From NCBI GenBank assembly GCA_963850795.1, contig CAWKNS010000043.1, forward strand, positions 1,021 to 65,020: DNA of 64,000 nt. Direction: 5' to 3'. The position numbers and the translations under genes were made by a program. The notes under the pieces are model-generated. The model worked only from the letters and a program-made list of their open reading frames with translations, did no database searches and was not told the DNA's origin. This document shows positions 1 through 10,550 of this stretch, in pieces; position 1 is the first letter of the stretch; every line of letters starts with the position of its first letter. The stretch comes from an uncultured Acidobacteriota bacterium (GTDB lineage Bacteria; Acidobacteriota; Terriglobia; Acidiferrales; UBA7541).

Positions 1-70
1 CTAGATGTTTAGGCTAGATGATTATGTTTGTCACTGCAAGCTCATTTATTTTCCCAGCTAGATCTCGGTC

Positions 71-2183
71 ATGAAACTCGTCCTCTTAGTCACTGCTCTC
101 ACTTTGTCGCTCTGAACAGACTGCTAGGGGGCACATCGGCCACAAGAAGCCGCCCGCCGCGATTGGGCGATGAACGGCGGGGAGACGAATAACACCCACT
201 ATTCGCCGCTGAGGCAGATCAATCGGGAGAATGTGGGGCAGCTGCAGGTGGCGTGGTCGTACGACACGGGGGAGACGGGCGGGCTGCAGACGAGTCCGAT
301 CATTGTGGACGGCGTGTTGTATGGGCTGTCGCCGACGCAGAAGGTATTTGCGGTGAATGCGGCGACGGGCAAGGTGGTCTGGAATTTTGATTCGGGGATT
401 GAAGGGGACGCAGCCGGTGCGTGGGCTAGCGTATTGGGCGAGCGCGGATGGGGCGGACAAGCGGATTATCGTTGGCGTGATGAATTTTGTTTATGCGCTC
501 AATGCGGCGACGGGGAAACCGATCGCGACGTTTGGGACGGATGGGCGCATCGATTTGCGCGACGGCTTGAGCCGCAAGGATCCCGACCCGTTTGTGTCGC
601 TAACGAGTCCGGTGGTGATTTACAAAGACATGTTCATCGCCGGCGGGCGAAATTCAGAGACGCTGCCGGCGGCGCCGGGCGACATTCGCGCGTTCGATGT
701 GCGCACCGGAAAAATGCGCTGGGCGTTTCACACGATTCCGCAGCCGGGCGAGTTTGGTTACAACACGTGGCCGCCGGATGCGTACAAGACGATCGGCGCG
801 GCCAACAACTGGGCCGGGATGACCGTCGATGTGCAGCGCGGCATTGTGTTTGTGCCGACGGGTTCGGCGGCGTTTGATTTTTACGGCGGGAATCGGCTGG
901 GCGACGATCTCTTTGCGAATTGCCTGCTGGCGCTGGATGCGAATACCGGCAAGCGCATCTGGCATTTTCAGGCGGTGCATCACGATATTTGGGATCGCGA
1001 TTTTCCGTCGCATCCGGTGCTAGTGACCATTCAACGCGACGGGCAAAAGATCGAAGCGGTCGCGCAGACGAGCAAACAGGGATTTGTTTATCTCTTCGAT
1101 CGCGCGACGGGCGCGCCGCTGTTTCCGCTGGAGACGAAAAAATATCCGGCGAGCACGATTCCTGGGGAAGTGCGGCTGCGGTCGAACAGTCGCTGCCGGC
1201 AAAGCCCGCGCCGTACGCGCGGCAGATGCTCACCGAAAACATGTTGAGCGATCGGACGCCGGAGATTCACAAATGGGCGCTCGATCAATTTCACGACGCG
1301 CGCAGCGAAGGGCAATTCATTCCGTTTGGCCTTGGCAAAGAGACGGTGATTTTCCCCGGCTTCGACGGAGGCGCGGAATGGGGCGGTCCGGCGCTCGACC
1401 CAGATTCGAACATTCTCTATGTCAATGCGAACGAAATGGCATGGATGGCTTCGCTCGGCGAAAACAAGCCGGGCAACACGGCGCAGTCGATCTACTTGTC
1501 CCAGTGCGCGATTTGCCACGGAGACAAGCGCGCCGGCTCGCCGCCTGCTTTCCCGTCGCTGGTAAATATCGGCGACCGGCTGACGCCCGCGCAGATCACG
1601 AGCACGATTCGCACGGGCAAAGGGCGCATGAACGGATTTCCCGGGCTTTCGAAGGATCAGGTGCAGGAGCTTGGTCGATTTCCTGACAGGCGCGCCGCAG
1701 AAAGAAGTTACGAGTTCCGAGCCGGCACCGACGGACATGAAATATCGCTTCACCGGGTATCGAAGATTTCTCGATCCGGATGGATATCCCGCAATCGCGC
1801 CGCCGTGGGGTACGCTGAACGCGATCAATCTCAACACCGGCGAGTACGCGTGGAAAATTAGTCTCGGCGAGTATCCGGCGCTGGCCGCGCAAGGAATCAA
1901 GGACACGGGCAGCGAAAACTATGGCGGGCCGATCGTCACCGCGGGCGGAATCGTTTTTATCGGCGCGACGAACTTCGATCAGAAATTTCACGCGTTCGAT
2001 AAAGCGACCGGAAAATTGCTGTGGGAGACGAAGCTGCCATTTTCTGGAAACGCGACGCCGGCGACGTACATGGTCGATGGAAAGCAATACGTCGTGATCG
2101 CGGCCGGCGGCGGGAAAGATCCGAAACATCCGAGCGGCGGAGTTTACGTCTCATTTGCGTTGCCTGCGACGTCGAAGCCGTGA
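71..2183 (+). CDS. PQQ-dependent quinoprotein (glucose dehydrogenase-like) with embedded cytochrome c domain; several frameshifts
   Basis: Joined ORFs 170-877, 357-1247, 920-1861 and 1671-2183 give YSPLx[32 protein letters not shown] haem motif and PPWGTLNAI. Signal-like ATG at 71. Confidence 0.88.
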
Positions 2184-2244
2184 GCATCAGCTACTGCGCA
2201 AGCTCAAAGATTTTCGTCGTTCGCGAGCCAAACTGACAATTCGG

Positions 2245-3144
2245 TCATCGCTTCTTCAGCGTCTCTAATTCTTCGAGCGTGCGGGGCCAATCTTCGCCGA
2301 GAAGACGCGAGAGACTCCGATCGGCGAGAAGTTTTCCGCCGGTCTGGCATTTCGCGCAGTAGTTCGTCTCTTTGTCGGCGTAGCGGATCCGCTGGATTTT
2401 TTCGCCGCAGCGCGGGCAGGGCTTGCCAAATTTTCCATGAGCGGCCATCTCTGGACGAAACGCCGTGACTTTCTCCGGAAAATCTTTCCTCGCTTCGGCG
2501 CTGAGCTGATCCATCCACAATTTGAGCGTCCTGCGTGTAGCTGCGTAGAGGCGATCCCATTGTGCGTCGTTCATTTTTTGCGTTTGCAGAACAGGCGAGA
2601 GCTGCGCGGTGTGAAGAATCTCGTCGGAATAAGCGTTGCCAATGCCGCTGAGGTAGCGCGGATCGGTAAGAGCTCGCTTGATCGTGTGATTTTCTGCGGT
2701 GAGCGCAGCGCGAAACGCTGCAAGATCGCTAGCGAAAACGTCGATGCCACCCGCGTCGAACGCCGATAGATTTTCCGCGCCGCTGACGACGTGCAGCGAT
2801 GCGCGGTGCTTGGCGCCAGCTTCCGTAAGCACAAGCGAGCCGTCGGCAAAATCGAACGCGGCGAGCATATTTTTGCCGGAGAGTTTCGCACCGGCAGCGC
2901 GCCAGTGCAGACGGCCCGCGATCATCAGGTGCAGAACGAACCACAAATCGCCGTCGAGGCCAACCGCGATGCGTTTGCCGATGCGGCGCAATTCGCGGAC
3001 GGTGCGGCCTTCTGCGTCGCTAACCGGCGGAATCGCCGTGCGCAGCAAAAACGGGGTCCCGAGGCGCACGCGTTCCAGACGCTTACCGACAACGCGCGAT
3101 TCCAGCGCAACGATATACGCCGTGATGTCGGGCAACTCGGGCAT
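2245..3144 (-). CDS. Fpg/Nei family DNA glycosylase
   Basis: N-terminal MPELP, HLMIAG, H2TH GIGNAYSDEIL, C4 zinc finger CPRC...CAKC. Confidence 0.93.
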   Translation of the reverse strand: MPELPDITAYIVALESRVVGKRLERVRLGTPFLLRTAIPPVSDAEGRTVRELRRIGKRIAVGLDGDLWFVLHLMIAGRLHWRAAGAKLSGKNMLAAFDFADGSLVLTEAGAKHRASLHVVSGAENLSAFDAGGIDVFASDLAAFRAALTAENHTIKRALTDPRYLSGIGNAYSDEILHTAQLSPVLQTQKMNDAQWDRLYAATRRTLKLWMDQLSAEARKDFPEKVTAFRPEMAAHGKFGKPCPRCGEKIQRIRYADKETNYCAKCQTGGKLLADRSLSRLLGEDWPRTLEELETLKKR

Positions 3145-3217
3145 GTCATCACAATGCAGGCGGGCGCATGTGTTTGCAACTCAACGCAGTCGCAGACCTG
3201 CACAGTCGCAAAGACAT

Positions 3218-4069
3218 CTAGTCTTTGCGGAGTGTCGCTTCGATCGTGCCTTGGGGTTCTTCTGTCGGCAAAAATACGAACGACGGATTGTCCATGCCCA
3301 GCGGATCAAGGTCGATGAGATCGAAATGTTTGTTCGGCAGCGAAAGATGAATCTCGCGCACATTGTCGAAATTATTGAGCACCGTCTCGCCCATGGCGTA
3401 CAGCGTGTGCTGGAGTGACATGCTCTTATGCTCGGCAAACGTTTCAAGCAGCATCTGGCGCACGCCGTGCCACATGGGCCCGAACTGCACATCTTCGTCA
3501 TCGCTCGGGTACAGCCAGTCGGCTTCGATCACCGTGGCGAGAATCTGATTTTTTTCATCCTTCAACGTCGTGAACGGATCGCGCATGAATTTTTCAAACT
3601 GTGCGTTCGACGTTTTCAGCACCACAAGGTTGCGAATGCCGGAGCGAATCGTAGTGCCCTCGCGCGTGCCGACGAGCACCGTGGTTCTGCGTTCGTCGCC
3701 GTTGCGCGTAAACGCGCTCGCGTGTGGTTTTCCACCGAGCGGCAACCGCGCCCATGGCGTTTCGTCGATCGAAATGTGCACGCGCGAAACTTGCGTGTTG
3801 TAGGTGACGAACTGATCCATCAAATGAAGGCCGAATTCCTCGACAGGCTCCACCGAATGCTGGCGTGCCAGCGCATACACGGCGTTTTTCATCGTGTCGG
3901 CCGGCAAAATTTTGGCGTTGTCGCCTTTAGTATGGGCCGTCTCGAAATCGCCCTCGAAGCGAATCGAGATCGACAGCTCGCGAATGTCGTGGCGTCCTTC
4001 CTGGCGGGCAACGCGCAAGAGGCGAACTCGCGATTCACCATAACTGTTTTCGCCGAGACGAATCGCCAT
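3218..4069 (-). CDS. pucL: Factor-independent urate hydroxylase (uricase)
   Basis: LGENSYGES, DTMKN, VLKTS, SLQHTLY, LPNKH, PQGTIEAT motifs. GGAGG RBS before ATG 4069. Confidence 0.92.
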   Translation of the reverse strand: MAIRLGENSYGESRVRLLRVARQEGRHDIRELSISIRFEGDFETAHTKGDNAKILPADTMKNAVYALARQHSVEPVEEFGLHLMDQFVTYNTQVSRVHISIDETPWARLPLGGKPHASAFTRNGDERRTTVLVGTREGTTIRSGIRNLVVLKTSNAQFEKFMRDPFTTLKDEKNQILATVIEADWLYPSDDEDVQFGPMWHGVRQMLLETFAEHKSMSLQHTLYAMGETVLNNFDNVREIHLSLPNKHFDLIDLDPLGMDNPSFVFLPTEEPQGTIEATLRKD

Positions 4070-4157
4070 GCGTCCTCCGAGCCACGCGTTTGCCAACCAA
4101 GACGCGCTCCATACTAGCGCAGCCTCCGTCCAGATGCTGGTGTCGATGGTTAGACGA

Positions 4158-4949
4158 TCAGATGCGCTCGGGCGTTAGTTCCGCGGTGAGGCGAAGGACG
4201 CGCGCGTAGTAATCGTGATGCTTGAGGTTCGCGCCGGCGTCTTGATCGACGATGAACGTCACATCGGGATGATGCTGCAACGCGGACGCGGTGATGCTCG
4301 CGGTCACCGGCCCTTCGATCGCCTGCGCGATGGAGGTCGCCTTCGACGATCCGCTGGCGAGCAACAAAATCCGCCGCGCTTCGAGAATCGTACCAATGCC
4401 CATCGTGATCGCGCACTCTGGAACTTTTTCGCCGGGCTTGAACGACTTGCGATTGTCGTCGATGGTTTCTTTCGTCAGCACTTTCAAGCGCGTACGCGAG
4501 CCAAGACTCGAAGTCGGCTCGTTGAATCCGATGTGGCCGTTGCGCCCGATGCCGAGAATTTGCAGATCGATTCCGCCCGCGTCGCGAATCGCCTGCTCAT
4601 ACGCGCCGCAATAACGGTCGTAGCTTTCAGAAATCGTGCCGTCAGGAATGTGGATGTTTTCCGGCTTCGCGTTGACGTGCCGAAACAAATTCTCGTGCAT
4701 GAAATAGTGAAAGCTCTCGGGATGCGTCGCGGTCAGGCCGAGATATTCGTCGAGATTGAAGCTGACAATACCCGAGAAATCGAGATTCCCTTCGCGATGC
4801 ATTCGTACCAACTCTTTGTAAAACGTGAGCATCGTGCTGCCGGTCGCGAGACCAAGCCGAATATTCGGATTGCGGCGAATGGCGTTCGCAACGATGCGCG
4901 CGCCTTCGCGGCCCAGCTGTTCTTTGTCGGGTTTGAGTATCAGGAGCAT
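4158..4949 (-). CDS. nagB: Glucosamine-6-phosphate deaminase
   Basis: GLATGST, FNLDEY, GIGRNGHIGFNEP, ITMGIGTI. Confidence 0.96.
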   Translation of the reverse strand: MLLILKPDKEQLGREGARIVANAIRRNPNIRLGLATGSTMLTFYKELVRMHREGNLDFSGIVSFNLDEYLGLTATHPESFHYFMHENLFRHVNAKPENIHIPDGTISESYDRYCGAYEQAIRDAGGIDLQILGIGRNGHIGFNEPTSSLGSRTRLKVLTKETIDDNRKSFKPGEKVPECAITMGIGTILEARRILLLASGSSKATSIAQAIEGPVTASITASALQHHPDVTFIVDQDAGANLKHHDYYARVLRLTAELTPERI

Positions 4950-4973
4950 GTTCGCAATTTTACGGACAATAGA

Positions 4974-4987
4974 TTAAACCGATTTAA
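4974..4987. promoter_or_regulatory. LacI-family-like operator palindrome TTAAACCGATTTAA next to the nagB -10 (TAAAAT, 4957-4962, minus strand)
   Basis: 14-bp palindrome with one mismatched pair and a central CG, in the divergent nagB/SSS intergenic region. Confidence 0.55.
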
Positions 4988-5195
4988 ACGTATAATTCCA
5001 GCGCGTTGCAGAGTTTTTAGACGCGACGGGCCCGCGGCTCAACGACGCTTCGCCGCGCCGTCGAAACGCCGACAAATTTCGTTCATCGGGAAAGATTTCT
5101 GGCCACGCAACACACTATTGGGTCTACACTTCCGGGTCAACGTTGTTTTGCAATTTGGCTTTTCGCATTTCGGGTTTTGGGGTGATTCCTAAAAA

Positions 5196-7118
5196 ATGGC
5201 ACTGAATTCGACCGACTGGATTGTCATTGCCGCTTATCTGCTGCTGAATCTGGCAATCAGTCTTTACTACCGGCGGCGCTCCTCGGGCAGCACCGAGGAG
5301 TTCTTCGTTTCTGGGCGCAACGTTTCGTGGTGGCTGGCCGGCACCTCGATGGTGGCGACAACGTTTGCCGCCGACACGCCGCTGTTCGTCACCGGCGTGG
5401 TGGCGAAGCAAGGCATCTCGGGTAACTGGATCTGGTGGTCGCAGTGCCTGTCGGGCATGATGACCGTTTTCTTTTTCGCGCGGTATTGGCGGCGCGCGGG
5501 AATCCTCACCGACGTTGAGTTTGTCGAGCTGCGCTATGAAGGCAAAGCCGCCGCTTTCCTCCGTGGATTTCGCGCAATCTACCTCGGCGGCCTGATGAAC
5601 TGCCTGATTCTCGGCTGGGTCATCAAAGCGATGATCAGTATTACGACGGTGCTGCTCGGCGACGCAATCGCGCAAGGCCGCGTGCTATCGATCGGCATCA
5701 GCGGCCACACGTTTTTCACGTACACTCTCGGTGAACCTGCGCACACGGGCTTGCTGATCTGCGTGCTGCTGCTCGTTCCCTTCACCGGAATTTACACCTT
5801 CATCGGCGGCCTTTGGGGCGTGCTGGTCACCGACCTTTTCCAATTCATTTTGAAAATGACGATGATCGTCGTGTTGGCGTGGGTCGCGGTGTCGAAAATC
5901 GGCGGTATGACGCTACTCAAACTGCAGCTGTCTCACGTGAACGATGCCGCGCGCGCGAACGGCCAAACAACGAGCGACATCACTGCGTTCTTCCCGAATT
6001 TCCACCAGGGTTGGACAAGCGACGCGCTCTGGACGCTGCCTGTCATCACGTTTGTGCTTTATCTCGGCGTGCAGTGGTGGGCCAGCTGGTATCCCGGCGC
6101 CGAGCCCGGTGGCGGCGGTTATGTCGCGCAGCGCATGTTCAGCGCGAAAGACGAAAAAAATTCTCTAGGCGCGACCCTCTGGTTCAACATCGCGAACTAC
6201 GCGATGCGCTCCTGGCCATGGATCGTCACCGGCCTCGTAGCGGTCGCCGTTTACTCAACGCACGGAGGCTTGCATCCCAGCGCGGAATTCGCCGCCGAAC
6301 CCGAAAAAGGCTACGTGATGGTGCTGCGCGATTTTCTTCCCCCGGCGTTGCGCGGCCTGATGATCGCGGCGTTTCTCGCGGCGTTTATGTCCACTGTCGG
6401 CACGCAGCTCAATTGGGGTACGTCGTACTTCATCAACGATTTCTATCGCCGCTTCGTCGTCCGCAAAGGCTCGGAAAAGCACTACGTGACCGTCAGCAAG
6501 CTCTTCATCGTGCTGCTCGTGATTTTGAGTGGCTACACCGCGGCGCACATCACTTCGATTCAATCGGCATGGCAACTTCTTCTCGGTATGGGCGCCGGAA
6601 CCGGCGGCGTGCTGATGCTGCGGTGGTATTGGTGGCGTGTGAACGCGTGGAGCGAAATCTCCGCGATGGTCGCGGCATTCGTTACGTCGATTTCTCTCGC
6701 GCAAATGTCTTTCACGGGTAACACAACGGTCGTGTTCGCAAAAACCGCGCTCATCACCACCGCCGTAACCACAGTCGTCTGGCTGGTCGTGACGATGGTC
6801 ACACCGCCGGAATCGGACGAACGTCTGCTCAAATTTTACCGTCGCGTCCACCCCACGCTTCTCGGATGGAAGCGCATCGCCGAACTCGCGCCTGAGATCA
6901 AGCCGGTCCGCGATCTTGGCGCCAACACCTTCGACTGGATCATGGGCTGCACGCTCGTCTACTGCTGCATGTTCGGAATCGGCGAGCTGGTGTTGCAGGA
7001 GTGGATCACCGGAATTGTGCTGCTCGTCATCTCAGCCGTCGCCGGATATTTCATCTACTGGAGCTTGTCACGCCGCGGTTGGGAGACTCTCTCCGGCGCG
7101 TCCGACAGCGCGGACTAA
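5196..7118 (+). CDS. Sodium:solute symporter family protein
   Basis: Multi-TM; SMVATTFAADTP, PGAEPGGGGYVAQRM, AAFMST. Confidence 0.92.
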   Translation: MALNSTDWIVIAAYLLLNLAISLYYRRRSSGSTEEFFVSGRNVSWWLAGTSMVATTFAADTPLFVTGVVAKQGISGNWIWWSQCLSGMMTVFFFARYWRRAGILTDVEFVELRYEGKAAAFLRGFRAIYLGGLMNCLILGWVIKAMISITTVLLGDAIAQGRVLSIGISGHTFFTYTLGEPAHTGLLICVLLLVPFTGIYTFIGGLWGVLVTDLFQFILKMTMIVVLAWVAVSKIGGMTLLKLQLSHVNDAARANGQTTSDITAFFPNFHQGWTSDALWTLPVITFVLYLGVQWWASWYPGAEPGGGGYVAQRMFSAKDEKNSLGATLWFNIANYAMRSWPWIVTGLVAVAVYSTHGGLHPSAEFAAEPEKGYVMVLRDFLPPALRGLMIAAFLAAFMSTVGTQLNWGTSYFINDFYRRFVVRKGSEKHYVTVSKLFIVLLVILSGYTAAHITSIQSAWQLLLGMGAGTGGVLMLRWYWWRVNAWSEISAMVAAFVTSISLAQMSFTGNTTVVFAKTALITTAVTTVVWLVVTMVTPPESDERLLKFYRRVHPTLLGWKRIAELAPEIKPVRDLGANTFDWIMGCTLVYCCMFGIGELVLQEWITGIVLLVISAVAGYFIYWSLSRRGWETLSGASDSAD

Positions 7119-7119
7119 A

Positions 7120-7249
7120 GTAGCGCTGGCTTGTCTTGAGGAACCGAAGGGCATCTTGCCGGCGTTCTTCCTGCGCATCGAGCAAGACCGAAATTAAGTT
7201 CGCCGACTTACTTCAAAAGTCAAACCCGCCGGCAGGATGCCGGCGCTAC
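7120..7249. repeat. Inverted pair of GTAG-type REP palindromes (REPIN-like); left copy interrupted
   Basis: GTAGCGCTGGC...ATCTTGCCGGC at 7120-7163 and its reverse complement GCCGGCAGGATGCCGGCGCTAC at 7228-7249. Confidence 0.7.
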
Positions 7250-7254
7250 CAAAT

Positions 7255-7284
7255 AAAAAAGGGCGGAGATTTCTCTCCGCCCTT
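7255..7284 (-). terminator. Rho-independent terminator
   Basis: AAGGGCGGAGA-TTTC-TCTCCGCCCTT hairpin with an A run (U run on minus strand), downstream of the SYLF gene. Confidence 0.8.
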
Positions 7285-7308
7285 CTCCTTCAGTTAGTGT
7301 GAATCTGC

Positions 7309-8043
7309 TCAGGGCTTCAGGTGCGGCGAAGCCTTTTGCAACCGCGCGAGCAGCTTGTGCGCCGAATCCGGAGCATGCAGTCGCGATTCGGTGATGATAT
7401 CTTCGGCCGACACGGTCTTGCCGTAGACGCGCTTGTTAGCATCATTGTCCGGGCGAACCGTCGAGCCTTCGAGCGAAATGCCCGCGAAAACGCCGCGCGA
7501 ACGCGAATAGCTCAACATTTCCGCGCGCATCGTGACGTCTGTTTCAGCCGAAGCGGTACGTCCCTTCGGACCGGCCGCGATAGAAGCATCGCCGCCCAGC
7601 TTCACTTTGCTGTGCAGCACGCTGTCGGCGCCGCGGTTATTCATGACGAGAATGACGAAGTCGGTCGCTTGGCCGCCGATCTGGAAGCCGACGCTGCCGC
7701 CCTCTAGCGCCATCATCGTGGGAGCGCCCCAGGGGCCGGTGTAGTCCGCGTGCGTGCGGCACACCATCACGCCGCGGCCGTAGCTGCCGCCAACGATGAA
7801 GGCTGCTTTTACGACCGACGGATAAATGAGCACGCAGCGCGCCTTGTCGAGCAGGTCCTGCGGAATGTCATCTGGAATATCAACAATCTCGCTGAAAACC
7901 GTTCCGGCGTTTTCGATGCGATCGTTATCCTTCGTGTCGTCATCCTTGGCCTTCGCCTTGGATACCGGCGTCAGCGCAAGCCCTGCAACGACGAATGCGC
8001 CTGCCAATAACGTTGTAAAAAGCCTTTTGTGCAACTGCTTCAT
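7309..8043 (-). CDS. Ysc84/SYLF lipid-binding domain protein, secreted
   Basis: Signal peptide; KAAFIVGGSYGRG, GGSVGFQIG, YSRSRGVFAGISLEG. Confidence 0.92.
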   Translation of the reverse strand: MKQLHKRLFTTLLAGAFVVAGLALTPVSKAKAKDDDTKDNDRIENAGTVFSEIVDIPDDIPQDLLDKARCVLIYPSVVKAAFIVGGSYGRGVMVCRTHADYTGPWGAPTMMALEGGSVGFQIGGQATDFVILVMNNRGADSVLHSKVKLGGDASIAAGPKGRTASAETDVTMRAEMLSYSRSRGVFAGISLEGSTVRPDNDANKRVYGKTVSAEDIITESRLHAPDSAHKLLARLQKASPHLKP

Positions 8044-8146
8044 GAACGCTTCTCCTTTTTTCTGGTGCGACTCTTTGATGCGACGACCAGGCTATTTGTT
8101 TTGTTACGTTTCAGCAAAATTCGATGGACGATATTCTTTCGAGTGT

Positions 8147-8356
8147 TCAGCCCTTGCGGTCCGAAACCAGTATCACGACCCCGCCAATCAGTGCAAGCGC
8201 TCCCAGAATGGGTGGCATTGGGACGCTGTGGTGCTCTTCCTTCGTCGCCTGGATGGGGCCAACGTCCAGAACTTTCTTGTGCGTAGTGTAGGTAAACCCT
8301 TGGTACATCAGAGCGAGAACTCCGAGAACGATCAAAATCAGTCCGAGTGGCTTCAT
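8147..8356 (-). CDS. Small two-TM membrane protein (DUF3185-like)
   Basis: MKPLGLILIVLG...YQGFTYT...DVGPIQAT...PPILG; GGAGG RBS. Confidence 0.75.
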   Translation of the reverse strand: MKPLGLILIVLGVLALMYQGFTYTTHKKVLDVGPIQATKEEHHSVPMPPILGALALIGGVVILVSDRKG

Positions 8357-8470
8357 TGTTTCAATTCCTCCTGGATGCGCATTGCTGTGGCAAGCAAGAC
8401 CAGTCACTCGCCACCCCTCCGTCAAAATTCATAACCCGTTTATTCGGCCTTGACTCTTCCGTTCCGAAAA

Positions 8471-8635
8471 CTAGGTCCGGCGAAGCAAATGCCCGACCAA
8501 AGTCACTACGAAGAGAATCAAGAAAATGAAGAACAGGATCTTCGCGATGCCAGCCGCCGCGACGGCGACGCCCGTGAAGCCAAGCAGAGCCGCTACCAAC
8601 GCAACGATGAAAAATGCCAGCGCCCAACGCAACAT
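8471..8635 (-). CDS. DUF1328 (UPF0391) membrane protein
   Basis: [39 protein letters not shown]; AGGAGG RBS. Confidence 0.9.
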   Translation of the reverse strand: MLRWALAFFIVALVAALLGFTGVAVAAAGIAKILFFIFLILFVVTLVGHLLRRT

Positions 8636-9293
8636 CACAAACCTCCTGACAGGTGCTGCCTGATTTGACAATCCTTCAAACTTTAAAAAGGGCCCTGAAC
8701 CGGGCGAACGATGTCACTGCCTGACTTGGGCCACGATTCCCTAATTTTGTACAACTCGTGTATCTCATGCTCCATACGGTATCGACCTTAGTGCTTTTGG
8801 AACCATCGTGTAGCGGAAACGGATGACTGAGGCGGTTGCAATACGAACCAGTGAGCTTAAATGCGCGGCAGACCCGTGTTTTCGCGTAAGACTGTTGGCG
8901 AAGGGCCGGTGAGCGTTGCGCTCGCGTTACGTGCGATAAACGTCATATTCAGCGCAGGCTCGATCGAGTGGGAAATGTTTTGCCCACGAGTTTTTCGCGG
9001 TCGGTGTAAAAATTTCGGCGTGTTATCAGGACGCTGCAAAACGTACTAGGACGTTGCGGCGTCATAAGCTCCTTAGTGTGTGCATCTTCTGCGCCTCCTA
9101 AATTCATGTACTGATTGGCGGGCGAGATGCACCTAAGGGAGTGGTGAGTTCTACATAGATTACTGCAACCGCTTTGGACCTTTGCGTCGTCTTACTAAGT
9201 GACAGGGTTCAGGCATCCGGTAAGAAGTGCGATACCTCGGCAGCGTCACGCTGCGCACAGCCGATGCCGGTCGGAAATCCAGGAGGTACAAAG

Positions 9294-9965
9294 ATGGAAC
9301 CCATACGTTTGCTGGTAGCAGATGATCACGAGATTGTCCGTAAAGGCATCCGTTCGCTGCTCGAAGCTCAACCGGGCTGGCAAGTGACCGCGGAAGCGAG
9401 TGATGGCCGCGAGGCCGTCGAAAAAGCACGCGACTTGAAGCCCGACGTAACGGTACTCGACATCAGCATGCCGTCACTGAACGGCTTGGAAGCAGCGCGC
9501 CAGATGATCAAGAACGATGCGCGCGCGAAAATTCTCATTTTGACGCAGCACGAGTCGGATCCACTGATTCGCGAAGTGCTCGACGCTGGCGCGCGCGGAT
9601 ACGTGCTGAAATCGGACGCCAGCCGCGATCTGATCACGGCCGTGAACGCGGTTCGCAGCAATAAGACGTTTTTCACGGCGAAAGTTGCGCAAATCGTTCT
9701 CGACGGCTATCTGGACAAGAAGCCGAAGAAAACGGCGACCAACGAAGAGCGCAAAGAGGACGCTCGCAGCCGCCTGACACCGCGCCAACGCGAAATCGTG
9801 CAGCTTTTGGCCGAAGGCAAGAGCAGCAAGGAAGTCGCTGTAGCACTCGGTTTGAGCGTGAAGACGGCCGAAACGCACCGCGCCAACATCATGCGCCGGC
9901 TCGATTGTCACTCGATCAGCGAACTCGTCCGCTACGCGGTGAGGAACAACATCATCGAGGCCTGA
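9294..9965 (+). CDS. NarL/FixJ family response regulator (REC + LuxR HTH)
   Basis: ADDHEIVR, LDISMP, LTPRQREIVQLLAEGKSSKEVA...KTAETHRANIM; AGGAGG RBS. Confidence 0.95.
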   Translation: MEPIRLLVADDHEIVRKGIRSLLEAQPGWQVTAEASDGREAVEKARDLKPDVTVLDISMPSLNGLEAARQMIKNDARAKILILTQHESDPLIREVLDAGARGYVLKSDASRDLITAVNAVRSNKTFFTAKVAQIVLDGYLDKKPKKTATNEERKEDARSRLTPRQREIVQLLAEGKSSKEVAVALGLSVKTAETHRANIMRRLDCHSISELVRYAVRNNIIEA

Positions 9966-10002
9966 GCAGCGAATATCTGGGCTCGATACAACTCAATTCT
10001 TC

Positions 10003-10034
10003 AGCGGCGCAGAGATTCTGCGCCGCTTTTGTTT
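10003..10034 (+). terminator. Rho-independent terminator
   Basis: AGCGGCGCAG-N5-CTGCGCCGCT followed by TTTGTTT. Confidence 0.8.
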
Positions 10035-10182
10035 GTGCACAGCACGTATTCGCGCGAAAAGTCAGTACTAAGAATCCGTACAACATGCGTCGCTCTCACC
10101 TTGAATGATTCACCCTATTTCACTGTGCATTCCCGAATGTTTTTCTGGATTTGTATCACGAAGTTCGTAGATAGGAGGTTCC

Positions 10183-10428
10183 ATGAATTGGGAGCAAGTT
10201 GAAGGAAAGTGGAAGCAAGCCTCAGGCACCGTGAAAGAAAAATGGGGCAAGTTGACCGACGATGACCTCCAACGCATCAGTGGAAAGCGTGATCAACTCA
10301 TCGGCCGTATTCAGGAGCGCTACGGCATCGCGAAAGAAGAAGCCGAGCGTCAAGTGGACGAGTTCTCTCGAACGTACGGCGCGGATGCCACCGTACCTCA
10401 TGCAAAGGTCCGGAGCACGAGCAGCTAG
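10183..10428 (+). CDS. csbD: CsbD family general stress protein
   Basis: MNWEQVEGKWKQASGTVKEKWGKLTDDDL...IQERYG; AGGAGG RBS. Confidence 0.92.
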   Translation: MNWEQVEGKWKQASGTVKEKWGKLTDDDLQRISGKRDQLIGRIQERYGIAKEEAERQVDEFSRTYGADATVPHAKVRSTSS

Positions 10429-10492
10429 TTGAGCCCGGTTTTCGGCTTCGGCTCTAACTATTCGTGCATTACGAGCATTCGTTAGCAAAATT

Positions 10493-10531
10493 GAGGCGAG
10501 TTCGTTGTTCCCGAGACTCGCCTCTTTTTTT
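10493..10531 (+). terminator. Rho-independent terminator
   Basis: GAGGCGAGT...ACTCGCCTC followed by T7. Confidence 0.7.
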
Positions 10532-10550
10532 GTTCGGCTGACGAGATTCT

